Part shown: in pieces, positions 51,965 to 60,391 of the stretch
Layout: the number at the start of each line of letters is the position of its first letter
Numbering within the stretch: the first letter of the stretch is position 1
Assembly (NCBI GenBank): GCA_002305475.1
Contig: DBRB01000003.1
Coordinates: 111,844-175,843 of the forward strand
DNA: 64,000 nt
DNA from: a candidate division WWE3 bacterium UBA1379
GTDB taxonomy: Bacteria > Patescibacteriota > WWE3 > UBA101185 > UBA10185
Reading direction: 5' to 3'
The notes under the pieces: generated by a model
What the model saw: only the letters and a program-made list of their open reading frames with translations
What the model was told of the DNA's origin: nothing
Databases searched by the model: none
Position numbers and translations under genes: made by a program

Positions 51965-52028
51965 ATCTATCACCCCCTTTGATATGCTCAATAATGAAAT
52001 ATTGACATTATTTTTGGATTAGAATGTT

Positions 52029-52934
52029 TTAAGATTTGGGTAAACTTAGGTTTCTCTTTTTTATTAATTCAGCAGCCTTTTTAACTTTTCCCATGACCAC
52101 CAGACTACAATAAGGGTTATTCGGATTGTTTTCATAAAAATTCATGTGATAATCTTCTGCCTGATAAAACACCATATAAGGTATAACTTGGGTTACTGCC
52201 ATTATTCCGGTATTTTTTAATACTTCTATATATCTCTTGGTTTTTTGTTCCTGTTCTATAGTTGTAAATAATATTATAGAACGGTATTGTTCTCCTACAT
52301 CATTACCTTGTCTGTTTAGGGTTGTCGGATCATGAATTTCAAAAAATATTTGAAGCAGATCATCAAAAGTCACTATAACGTTGTTAAATTCTATCCGTAC
52401 TACTTCCGCATGATGAGTGTTTCCTTCGGATACATCCTCATACGAAGGATTATCTTTTGATCCTCCGGAATAACCGGATATTACACTGATAACTCCCGGA
52501 ATTAGTTTAAAGACAGCTTCAGTGCACCAGAAACATCCCCCTCCGAAATATGCAACCTCAATATTTCCTTCATTAGATTTTGGTATAAATTTGATTGATA
52601 GTGAATTGACACAATGGCGGGTATCTTTTTCCGTCATTTTTTCCCCCTCAAATACATGTCCTAAATGACCCTTGCAGTTTGAACAAATTATTTCTGTTCT
52701 TATTCCGTCAGAGTCAGGTTTTCTTACCACGGATCCGGGAAAATGTTCATCAAAACTTGGCCATCCGCATCCGGAATTAAATTTGGCTTCAGCTGAAAAC
52801 AGCGGTTGGGAACATTGTCTGCAGTAAAACACCCCATCTTTAAACATTGAATCATATTCATTCGTAAATGGATTCTCGGTTTTCTTATTTATTATCACCT
52901 GTTTTTCTTCTTTAGTAAGCGGATTTTTAATCAT
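52029..52934 (-). CDS. msrAB: Bifunctional methionine sulfoxide reductase MsrB-MsrA
   Basis: CxxC, GCGWPSF, GHLGHVF, RHCVNS (MsrB); GGGCFW, QYRS, AEDYH (MsrA). Confidence 0.93.
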   Translation of the reverse strand: MIKNPLTKEEKQVIINKKTENPFTNEYDSMFKDGVFYCRQCSQPLFSAEAKFNSGCGWPSFDEHFPGSVVRKPDSDGIRTEIICSNCKGHLGHVFEGEKMTEKDTRHCVNSLSIKFIPKSNEGNIEVAYFGGGCFWCTEAVFKLIPGVISVISGYSGGSKDNPSYEDVSEGNTHHAEVVRIEFNNVIVTFDDLLQIFFEIHDPTTLNRQGNDVGEQYRSIILFTTIEQEQKTKRYIEVLKNTGIMAVTQVIPYMVFYQAEDYHMNFYENNPNNPYCSLVVMGKVKKAAELIKKRNLSLPKS

Positions 52935-54067
52935 AAATTATTAGGATTAACCTTAATTAATTTGTCATCATTATCTCTTGCCTGTCCTCTGCCGTCTCTG
53001 TTGCTTGTAGTCAGATAAAATTGGTTGTTGGGTCCTATCTTCAGACCTCTTAATCTTCCGAATGTATTATCAAGATGAACCGTAAATTCACTGACATTGT
53101 TGTTTTGTATACGTGCTTCATAAAGAGCAGTACCACGTAACCCGGTAAAATAGATGGATCCGTTGAAATAGACGGTAGAACCGGGGGCCCATGTGTCGGA
53201 TGCCCCAGAATGGATTACGGGAGGAATCATTCCTTCGCGGGTCTGATCTCCGCGTATAATCGGCCATCCGTAATTACCTCCCTTAGTAATCAGATTTAAT
53301 TCGTCAAATCCTGACTGGCTGCCTGACGGACCGTGTTCCGTTTCCCAGAGATTACCATTTTCGTCCCAGGTAAGACCCTGTGGATTTCTATGCCCGTATG
53401 AATATATTGCATTATTAAAGGGATTATCTTCAGGAATACTGCCGTCATCAGCAATTCTTAGGATTTTTCCATTAAGGGATGAGAGATCTTGGGCAAGATT
53501 TTGACTACCAGCATCCCCTGTAGTGATGTATAAGTAACCATCAGGAGCGAACGCCATCTTCCCCCCATCATGATTTGATGCACCTGCGATTCCATCAAGT
53601 ATCACTTCCCTATCAGTCAACCTGTTATCAGTAAGAACATATCTTTCTACTCTGTTTTCCAATCCAGTTTCAGTTCTGACGGTTAAGTATAAATATATAT
53701 ATCTATTGTTTTCAAAATCTGGATGCAGAACCATTCCTAATAGTCCACCCTCTCCTATATGAGCAACGCCATCAATTCTTTGAGAAGTTCTGGTTTCCTG
53801 ATTAATCCTTATCACATTTCCTACTCTTTCGGTAATCAGAAGATCTCCATCAGAAAGAAACACTAATTCCCATGGGATATTCAGATTATCTGCAATTACA
53901 GTTATGGGTTCATTACTTTGTGTAGAGTCATTAGCAGGATTATTAAATACCGTATCTTGGGAAGATGATTGCAAACTATCTATATCTACAGTTTCATTTC
54001 TAATTAAATATAGGGTAATTCCAATAAGTAATGCAATAGGTAAAACTATTAATAATTTATTTCTCAT
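52931..54067 (-). CDS. Membrane-anchored PQQ-dependent sugar dehydrogenase family protein
   Basis: N-terminal TM; PWEL, GEGGLLG, HDGG, YGHRNPQG, EHGP, GGNYGWP, GRLR, TSNRDGRG motifs. Confidence 0.9.
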   Translation of the reverse strand: MRNKLLIVLPIALLIGITLYLIRNETVDIDSLQSSSQDTVFNNPANDSTQSNEPITVIADNLNIPWELVFLSDGDLLITERVGNVIRINQETRTSQRIDGVAHIGEGGLLGMVLHPDFENNRYIYLYLTVRTETGLENRVERYVLTDNRLTDREVILDGIAGASNHDGGKMAFAPDGYLYITTGDAGSQNLAQDLSSLNGKILRIADDGSIPEDNPFNNAIYSYGHRNPQGLTWDENGNLWETEHGPSGSQSGFDELNLITKGGNYGWPIIRGDQTREGMIPPVIHSGASDTWAPGSTVYFNGSIYFTGLRGTALYEARIQNNNVSEFTVHLDNTFGRLRGLKIGPNNQFYLTTSNRDGRGQARDNDDKLIKVNPNNL

Positions 54068-54133
54068 ATCATCATCTTATATAAAAATTGTTAAATATGT
54101 GTTGGATTATGACAGTATGAAAATGTAAAGATT

Positions 54134-54643
54134 TTAATGAATTATATTAATCAAAGAATTCCCAAATGAGAAAGCCGGATTATGTTCAACAATGTAGAAA
54201 TTAAGTAGCACTGAAAAACCAACCCAATACATATAGGGAACCATTAAATATGTAGCGGCTTTGCTGATACCGTTAAATAATAATTCCAAAAATACGATAG
54301 TCGCAAGTAATAAAAGAATATCCAACAAAGCCAGAACCGGACTTCTGAGTACAAAAAACAGAATTGGCCAGAGGATATTTAGTACTAGTTGAACTGCAAA
54401 TAAGCCAAGAACTTTTAACTGATGTTGTGGATCGGTTTTCTGCCAGACGATATAAAGGGATATACCCATCAAAAAGTACAGGAATATCCATATAGGACAA
54501 AAAACCCATTTCTGAGGAGTAAAGTATGGTTTTATAAGTGAGTCATACCAGATTGAAGATGAAGTAGATATGAATATGGCAGCAAACATGCCGATGAGTT
54601 GAGGTATCGTGACTGCGATAGTTAATTTGAGCAGTTTAGTCAT
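54134..54643 (-). CDS. tspO: TspO/MBR family tryptophan-rich sensory protein
   Basis: WY.SL.KP..TP..WVF.PIW..LY.LMG, QL.LN..W..LFF, PY..WV.F...LN motifs. Confidence 0.9.
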   Translation of the reverse strand: MTKLLKLTIAVTIPQLIGMFAAIFISTSSSIWYDSLIKPYFTPQKWVFCPIWIFLYFLMGISLYIVWQKTDPQHQLKVLGLFAVQLVLNILWPILFFVLRSPVLALLDILLLLATIVFLELLFNGISKAATYLMVPYMYWVGFSVLLNFYIVEHNPAFSFGNSLINIIH

Positions 54644-54770
54644 ACATATTTAGTGTACCACCGCAATATATTAAGTAAATATGGTAATACCTGTATTTTA
54701 ACATTAAATTTCAATTTTTAAATTGTGTCTATAAATGGAGAAGTATATATATAAATGTTATGATTCATAA

Positions 54771-55304
54771 ATGAATAATAAAAGAAAAATTATCCAAATA
54801 ATTTTATTAATAATTATCGGAGGGGTAGCCATATTATTAGTCCGTATGAATACCGGAAACAGTCTTAACCTCCAGAATGTCGAACACAACGATATCCACT
54901 ACCATACCGGTGTAAACATATATATTGATGGTGAATTACAGGATTACTCGAATTCTCAGTATATGTATGCCAGTCCTTGTGATTTAAACCAGAAACAGGA
55001 AACTGATCTTTCTGATCCCAGAGCAAGAGTACATTTACATAATAATATCGGGGATGTAGCTCATGTTCATGCTGAAAATATTGTATGGGGAGATTTCCTG
55101 GAATACCTGAATATTGACGGCGATGATCAGAAAATAGTTGGTTATAACAAAGATGGGGATATTGAAAATATTACTTTGGCACCTATTACACCTGACGACA
55201 GCGTGGTAATTGTTATCGGAGATGCCATGCCAAAGTCTATAACTTTCGTATCTTCCGAGAGAATTATTGAAGCGGAAAAGTCAATTGAAAACTGTGGGAA
55301 GTAA
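54771..55304 (+). CDS. Membrane-anchored His-rich putative metal-binding protein
   Basis: N-terminal TM; HYH, VHLH, AHVH motifs; two Cys. Confidence 0.6.
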   Translation: MNNKRKIIQIILLIIIGGVAILLVRMNTGNSLNLQNVEHNDIHYHTGVNIYIDGELQDYSNSQYMYASPCDLNQKQETDLSDPRARVHLHNNIGDVAHVHAENIVWGDFLEYLNIDGDDQKIVGYNKDGDIENITLAPITPDDSVVIVIGDAMPKSITFVSSERIIEAEKSIENCGK

Positions 55305-55310
55305 TATAAG

Positions 55311-56024
55311 TTAATGACCCTTTGCCTTTAGTATACTTCTTACGGATTTCCATGCGGGATAATGTCGGTCAAGTAAATTATAGAATTTTTTGCTGTGATT
55401 TAGCTCTATCAGATGACAGAATTCATGGATAATCACGTAATCAATACACTTTGGGTCATATTTAATCAGATCTTTATTTATTTTAATAATACCCCGTGCA
55501 GAACACTGTCCCCATTTATTCTTCATGGAACAAATTGATATTTCAGGCACAGACAGGCTGTATTGATTAAACTCTGAAAATATAATAAAAGCTCTCTCAC
55601 TGATTATTTTTCTAGCCTGGTTATAATACCAGTTATATAATAGATGTCTGACCAAAAGCTCATTGTCCGTATTGATACAACTAACAATCAGATTACAGTC
55701 AAAAATTTCTACCAAAGCATTATCTGATTTAACCAATTGTAGTGTGTAGTCTTTGCCTAAATATGGGTGAATTTCTCCTTGTTTAAAGAGTTTGTTATTG
55801 CTTTGTTTTTTCTTAATATACTCAAGTTTATTTCTGATCCATCTTTCTTTTTCCTTAAGTATATTGAAAATAACCTCATCACTGATGTGGTTAGGTGAAG
55901 ATACAACTATTAGATTGATGTCTTTAACCGAAATTCCGATAGTATGTTTCCTCTTAGTTCTCTTGATTTTAATGGAAGCAGTTGTGTCGTTTCCAAGTTT
56001 TATAACGGATGTTTTGTCAGTCAT
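55311..56024 (-). CDS. YgjP/DUF45 (SprT-like) zinc metallohydrolase
   Basis: KWGQCS, YVIIHEFCHL, NHS..FY motifs. Confidence 0.85.
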   Translation of the reverse strand: MTDKTSVIKLGNDTTASIKIKRTKRKHTIGISVKDINLIVVSSPNHISDEVIFNILKEKERWIRNKLEYIKKKQSNNKLFKQGEIHPYLGKDYTLQLVKSDNALVEIFDCNLIVSCINTDNELLVRHLLYNWYYNQARKIISERAFIIFSEFNQYSLSVPEISICSMKNKWGQCSARGIIKINKDLIKYDPKCIDYVIIHEFCHLIELNHSKKFYNLLDRHYPAWKSVRSILKAKGH

Positions 56025-56433
56025 TACTCATTTTATGGTACAGGTTTTTTACTAATAACGGAGTCAGAAACATAGTAATAAGAAAAAGCAGCCAAATTCT
56101 ACCTTTAAATATGTTGTAATCGTTTAATAACCTTATCCAGGAAGCTCCGTCAATAATGTGACCGAACCCAAACTCAAATATTATAGTCATTAATACCCAC
56201 AATGTGCCTATTTTTATTAATGTAAGACTGCTTAAGTCTTTAACTGTGTTATTGAGAATTAAATAACATAATAAAAAGAATGCTACTGAACCGGTTAGTG
56301 TACTAATCTGATGGGCTGTCAGTTCCCCTACATAATGCTGATAGACTAAATTTCTGATAATTCCATTAAGTATTGCTATAGGTGTGAATAACAGCCAGAT
56401 AATCAATGCTTTTTTATAAACTGTATCGAGCAT
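56017..56433 (-). CDS. Hypothetical 4-TM membrane protein
   Basis: AILNG.IR, AHQIST, FEFGFG, GRIW; hydrophobic segments. Confidence 0.7.
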   Translation of the reverse strand: MLDTVYKKALIIWLLFTPIAILNGIIRNLVYQHYVGELTAHQISTLTGSVAFFLLCYLILNNTVKDLSSLTLIKIGTLWVLMTIIFEFGFGHIIDGASWIRLLNDYNIFKGRIWLLFLITMFLTPLLVKNLYHKMSND

Positions 56434-56605
56434 ATATTAATTCTATCATGAGAAAAATTGGTCATAGATTGTGTGATTTTGAACATTAATACCACTTTTA
56501 CACGAAATTGAATTCAGGCTTACTTATTATTCGTACTATAAGTAGCACATTGCCTTACCAGTGTGCAGTAATAAAGTTTAATTAATAGGAGGTGAGCCAT
56601 CACTT

Positions 56606-56752
56606 ATGTGCTACGACGAATACTATAGCTACTACGCAAATCAGAAAAGGGAAGCTGCTAAAAAGGAATTAGAAAAGAAAGCAGAACAGAATAAGAAACA
56701 GGAAATCAAAGTAGATATTCCTGTACCGGCTGATTCAGAAGTAAGAAGTTAA
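56606..56752 (+). CDS. Unannotated 48-aa small protein
   Basis: SD AGGAGGTGA; MCYDEYYSYYANQKREAAKKELEKKAEQNKKQEIKVDIPVPADSEVRS; terminator follows. Confidence 0.7.
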   Translation: MCYDEYYSYYANQKREAAKKELEKKAEQNKKQEIKVDIPVPADSEVRS

Positions 56753-56776
56753 AAATGAAAATAAAAACAAATAATA

Positions 56777-56819
56777 AGTAGATAAGGTCCTGAAAACAAA
56801 TATCGGGGCCTTTTCTACT
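56777..56819. terminator. Bidirectional terminator
   Basis: agtagataaggtcc / gggccttttctact imperfect inverted repeat between convergent genes. Confidence 0.65.
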
Positions 56820-56845
56820 ATAAACTTAGTATTAAAATAGGTTGG

Positions 56846-58060
56846 TTAATATCTGAGGATTGCCGCGAGAGGAGAATCAAGCTGTTTACCGTTCTCAACA
56901 GAGTACACCATACCCCCATTTTTTAATGTATTTATAGCCGTATAGTTAGTTAATTCAGTAATGTTATTATTACTGCCATTATTAATCCGTTCGGCTTTCA
57001 ATAGTCCGTTTTCCATTTTTATATTTACTTTCAGTTCATCCTCCGGCCTGACCAAAAGTGTGTCTACCTGTCCGTAATAGGCTTTATTTAACACTTCTTG
57101 CGAATTTCTGGAAGATTTTTCGTACTCCAGTTTCTGTAGATTTTGGGATATTTCATCATTAATATCCTGCTGTTGGATTTCTTTCATAACTTCCCAAGCT
57201 CTTTTTCCAAGAAGATCAGGATGCAGACTGCGTTTATCAAGTCTCACATATTGATTCAGAATACCTTTAATTTTTGATAGTTTAGAAAATATTGAGTATG
57301 TTTTAATATCCGAAGCTATTAATAGTGGGGTATTTTGTGAAGATATTTTTTGGGATGCCGCGTTATCCACACTAGTGCAAAATCTAATAAGGTTGTCATT
57401 TTTTGCATCAATATATGCCCCGTGTCCGTGATAGATCATTGCACCTGATAAACCTGGTCCGGTTTTTGATGACGTTTTATTCTGGATTGACTTTTCAGGA
57501 TCATCAAATTCCATTATTTCATCCATATTAATAGGCATATCAGGAACATTAATTTCAAAAAGTTTTGCTTCCCTTCCCCTGTATAAAGATACCTGTTTTT
57601 GAGAGAGCAACAACAAATAGTAGTCATAATTGCGGGATAGGATATTAATTAAAGGTTTAATATAGAAAGCACAGTCTTGATGAATCTGATTACCCATTTC
57701 ATCGGATACTGTAAAAACACATTCCTGATTCTTCTCCATCATAATTACCAATGTATCTTGAACGTGTTTCCAGAATTGTTCATCATCAATAAGATGGGCG
57801 AGAAATTTTCTATGATAATCATCAACATCATTTGCGTAATTCTTCAGTTGAATTTTTGCTTCTTCATTCTGGTCCCATACCGGACTTGTCTGAAGATATA
57901 TTGTGGTTGAATCAATGTTGTTTTCGGAAAAATTTTTAGCATATTGAAAAATGAAATCTTTGATATCTGCAGAAGTACTGGTTAATTCCATATATAAAAT
58001 ATGCTCTTGTAATTTATGGGATATATTAAAAGAATGTTTGCGGTTTATCACAGCCCACAT
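56846..58060 (-). CDS. Bacterial archaeo-eukaryotic release factor-like protein (baeRF3/7-like)
   Basis: TIYLQT, FYIKPL, YYLLLLSQ..V.LY, YHGHG, PLLIA, A..GQVDTLL, GG.VY, AAILRY motifs; the start may be ATG 57991. Confidence 0.7.
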   Translation of the reverse strand: MWAVINRKHSFNISHKLQEHILYMELTSTSADIKDFIFQYAKNFSENNIDSTTIYLQTSPVWDQNEEAKIQLKNYANDVDDYHRKFLAHLIDDEQFWKHVQDTLVIMMEKNQECVFTVSDEMGNQIHQDCAFYIKPLINILSRNYDYYLLLLSQKQVSLYRGREAKLFEINVPDMPINMDEIMEFDDPEKSIQNKTSSKTGPGLSGAMIYHGHGAYIDAKNDNLIRFCTSVDNAASQKISSQNTPLLIASDIKTYSIFSKLSKIKGILNQYVRLDKRSLHPDLLGKRAWEVMKEIQQQDINDEISQNLQKLEYEKSSRNSQEVLNKAYYGQVDTLLVRPEDELKVNIKMENGLLKAERINNGSNNNITELTNYTAINTLKNGGMVYSVENGKQLDSPLAAILRY

Positions 58061-58085
58061 AATTAGTTGATAAAATTAAATCTCT

Positions 58086-58298
58086 ATGTATTTAGCCAGA
58101 TTGTTTTTCACATTGAGAATAATATTTATATTATTGAGTGCACTTTACTATCTATTTAATAGGTTATCTCCGTTCAATGAGTTGCCCAGTGATATTATTA
58201 TTCGCAGAGGTAATTATATCTTTTATTTTCCTATAGTATCAATATTACTTCTAAGTTTAATACTCAGCATTGTTATTAATCTTTTTATTAGAAAGTAA
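58086..58298 (+). CDS. DUF2905 family small membrane protein
   Basis: LPSDI.I.R.N..FYFPI.S..LLSLIL motif. Confidence 0.75.
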   Translation: MYLARLFFTLRIIFILLSALYYLFNRLSPFNELPSDIIIRRGNYIFYFPIVSILLLSLILSIVINLFIRK

Positions 58299-58398
58299 TC
58301 ATAAGTAATAGGATTGTTAGAAAGTAAGGCAGTAGATTATTTTTTATGGTATAAATCATTCTGAGACTAAAGAATCCAGATACAGGAGGGAGAGAAAA

Positions 58399-58848
58399 AT
58401 GAAAAAAATTAGCTGGAATCACATCAATTTAGGTGGGGATATCGAATTAATAAACCGTATAGCTGCTATTTTTATCAAGTTGATGAAAGACAAAAATGTA
58501 GAATGCAAATTTGTCTGCGCAAGGATTAATTGTAAAGAAGAGTTTGGTGGTAGTTTGACAATCAAAATAAAACCGCCTTGGAGTGCTTCTGAATTTTATA
58601 GTAATCTAAATATTTTTGTATGTAGAGAGAACAACGGATTTAATTTACTGGATATTAAAGAGTTCGAAGGAAACATACTTTGGCCTAATATTGTCGAAAC
58701 AAATGCAATTTCATTTAAGTTAGGTCAGAGGACGCAGGAATACAGATTACGTTTAGTTGATTTGTTGCAACTGATACAACTTATATCAGCGCATGACAGT
58801 ACAAATACTATGAGAGTGAAAGAAATAATCATGAGGTTGAAATTATAG
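58399..58848 (+). CDS. Hypothetical protein (ORFan)
   Basis: SD AGGAGG; terminator directly downstream. Confidence 0.6.
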   Translation: MKKISWNHINLGGDIELINRIAAIFIKLMKDKNVECKFVCARINCKEEFGGSLTIKIKPPWSASEFYSNLNIFVCRENNGFNLLDIKEFEGNILWPNIVETNAISFKLGQRTQEYRLRLVDLLQLIQLISAHDSTNTMRVKEIIMRLKL

Positions 58849-58857
58849 TCAGTACTA

Positions 58858-58887
58858 AGTGTCCGTCTTACAACAAAGCCGGACACT
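58858..58887 (+). terminator. Intrinsic terminator of 58399..58848
   Basis: agtgtccg / cggacact inverted repeat followed by a T-rich tail. Confidence 0.75.
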
Positions 58888-58891
58888 ATTT

Positions 58892-59122
58892 TTATTTTTC
58901 ACGATCTGTGATATCAAATATCTTGTATCTATACTTTTCACCGGATAATAATCGGATATAGGATTTTGGTACATTAAATAACTCTGAAAGTGATTTTATT
59001 GCATCCTGGTTAGCCTTACCTTCGATGGCAGGAGAAGATACATAAATGTGAAGCATTTGATACTCATCTTTTTTTATCCGGGGGTTTTTTGAATTTGGGT
59101 GAACAAAAACCTTTACTTTCAT
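58892..59122 (-). CDS. DUF167/YggU family protein
   Basis: V.V.PNS, PA.EGKAN, VPKS.I.L.SG...R.K motifs. Confidence 0.85.
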   Translation of the reverse strand: MKVKVFVHPNSKNPRIKKDEYQMLHIYVSSPAIEGKANQDAIKSLSELFNVPKSYIRLLSGEKYRYKIFDITDREK

Positions 59123-59233
59123 ATATACAGTATACTTTATGCTTTCAAATAAATAATTGTATTAATATAAATAGAAGTAATTTCTTACAGAAGTATAACT
59201 TTTTTCCAAATTAACAGATTAAAATTATGTTGT

Positions 59234-60301
59234 ATGTTTAATACTAAACTGGCATATTTTTTGCAAATAGGTGCCCTATTAGTATTTATAGTGATCACAA
59301 TAATTAGTAGATTTGGCGATAAAATACCTAAGTCTGATTATTCTTTTGTTTTAATGGAAAACCCTGAAATCTCAGGATGGGTCGCGTGGTGGAAAGAGGA
59401 TGAGGGGATGGATTTAATTAACAGACACAACAGCCAGATATCGTCAATATCGCCTTTCTGCTTTATCGTGAATGACAGTTTAGAAGTGGAAAATAAATGC
59501 AAAAAACTTCTCAATAAAGATGTGGTGCTACAATATAAGGACGCAGGTATAAAAGTAATTCCTACCTTAGGCTCAGATATTCGTTATGAACAATGGACTC
59601 CTCTACTTACCAATGATACTGGTATTAAACAATTAGCCGAATACCTATCTACGCAAATTGCGGATATTGGAGCTGACGGTATAGATTTGGACATTGAGGG
59701 TATAGAAGAATCAGATAGGGATAGGTTTACTAGAATGGTAGAAATATTTAATGACGTATTTTCCAGTCGCGGGCAGCATTTATCTGTTACTATCCATGCC
59801 CAGGACGGTAAGAATTTCTACAAAATAACAAAAGGTCAGGATATTAGAGCAATTGGAAGATTGGCGGATGAAGTGAGAATTATGGCGTATGACCAACACG
59901 GTACTTTTTCGGGTCCTGGTCCTATCACCTCACTAAACTGGCTGAAGGATACGGTTAACTATAATCTATCTCTAATACCAAGAGATAAATTAGTGATAGG
60001 TCTTCCATCGTATGGATATATCTGGGAACAAACTGGATATTCTAAAGGATATTTGTATAGTGAATTTATGGACTATCTGAATAAAAGCACAGAAAAATAT
60101 TATGTTGATCGGGATTCTTCATCAAAAGAGCTAGTATATAAAACCTCATTGTATGAGGGATGGTTATCCGATGCCTTTTCTGTTATTGCCAAGATTAATA
60201 CTGTCAGATTCCTTGGGGTGAACAGATTCGTAATTTGGAATCTTAGCGGTATTGATGAACGCCTGTTTGATCATAATTGGACTTTTCCTGATAATGGATG
60301 A
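59234..60301 (+). CDS. Membrane-anchored GH18 family glycoside hydrolase
   Basis: N-terminal TM; DGIDLDIE catalytic motif; IMAYDQH, GLPSYGY.W. Confidence 0.85.
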   Translation: MFNTKLAYFLQIGALLVFIVITIISRFGDKIPKSDYSFVLMENPEISGWVAWWKEDEGMDLINRHNSQISSISPFCFIVNDSLEVENKCKKLLNKDVVLQYKDAGIKVIPTLGSDIRYEQWTPLLTNDTGIKQLAEYLSTQIADIGADGIDLDIEGIEESDRDRFTRMVEIFNDVFSSRGQHLSVTIHAQDGKNFYKITKGQDIRAIGRLADEVRIMAYDQHGTFSGPGPITSLNWLKDTVNYNLSLIPRDKLVIGLPSYGYIWEQTGYSKGYLYSEFMDYLNKSTEKYYVDRDSSSKELVYKTSLYEGWLSDAFSVIAKINTVRFLGVNRFVIWNLSGIDERLFDHNWTFPDNG

Positions 60302-60391
60302 TCCCAGTTTATTTAAAAGACTAAGTATGATCATAACTAAATGAAACAGTATGGATATACTTCCTAACTGGCTGTTTAACATTGCCATATT

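Noticed and set aside
56542-56569. CIRCE-like element (gTAGCACat...GTGTGCagt)
   Set aside because: Spacer is 10 rather than 9, the arms match poorly, and no chaperone gene is adjacent; an RNA hairpin explains it better.
8456-58060. Longest-ORF starts at 9112, 17298, 29344, 41121, 46589 and 51991
   Set aside because: Downstream ATGs have a better SD or -10 geometry, or match the family N-terminus; 58060 and 62337 are also doubtful.
3370-58887. Integron attC sites around the ORFans
   Set aside because: The hairpins are short, unrelated to each other, lack RYYYAAC/GTTRRRY ends and have U-tails; no integrase is present.
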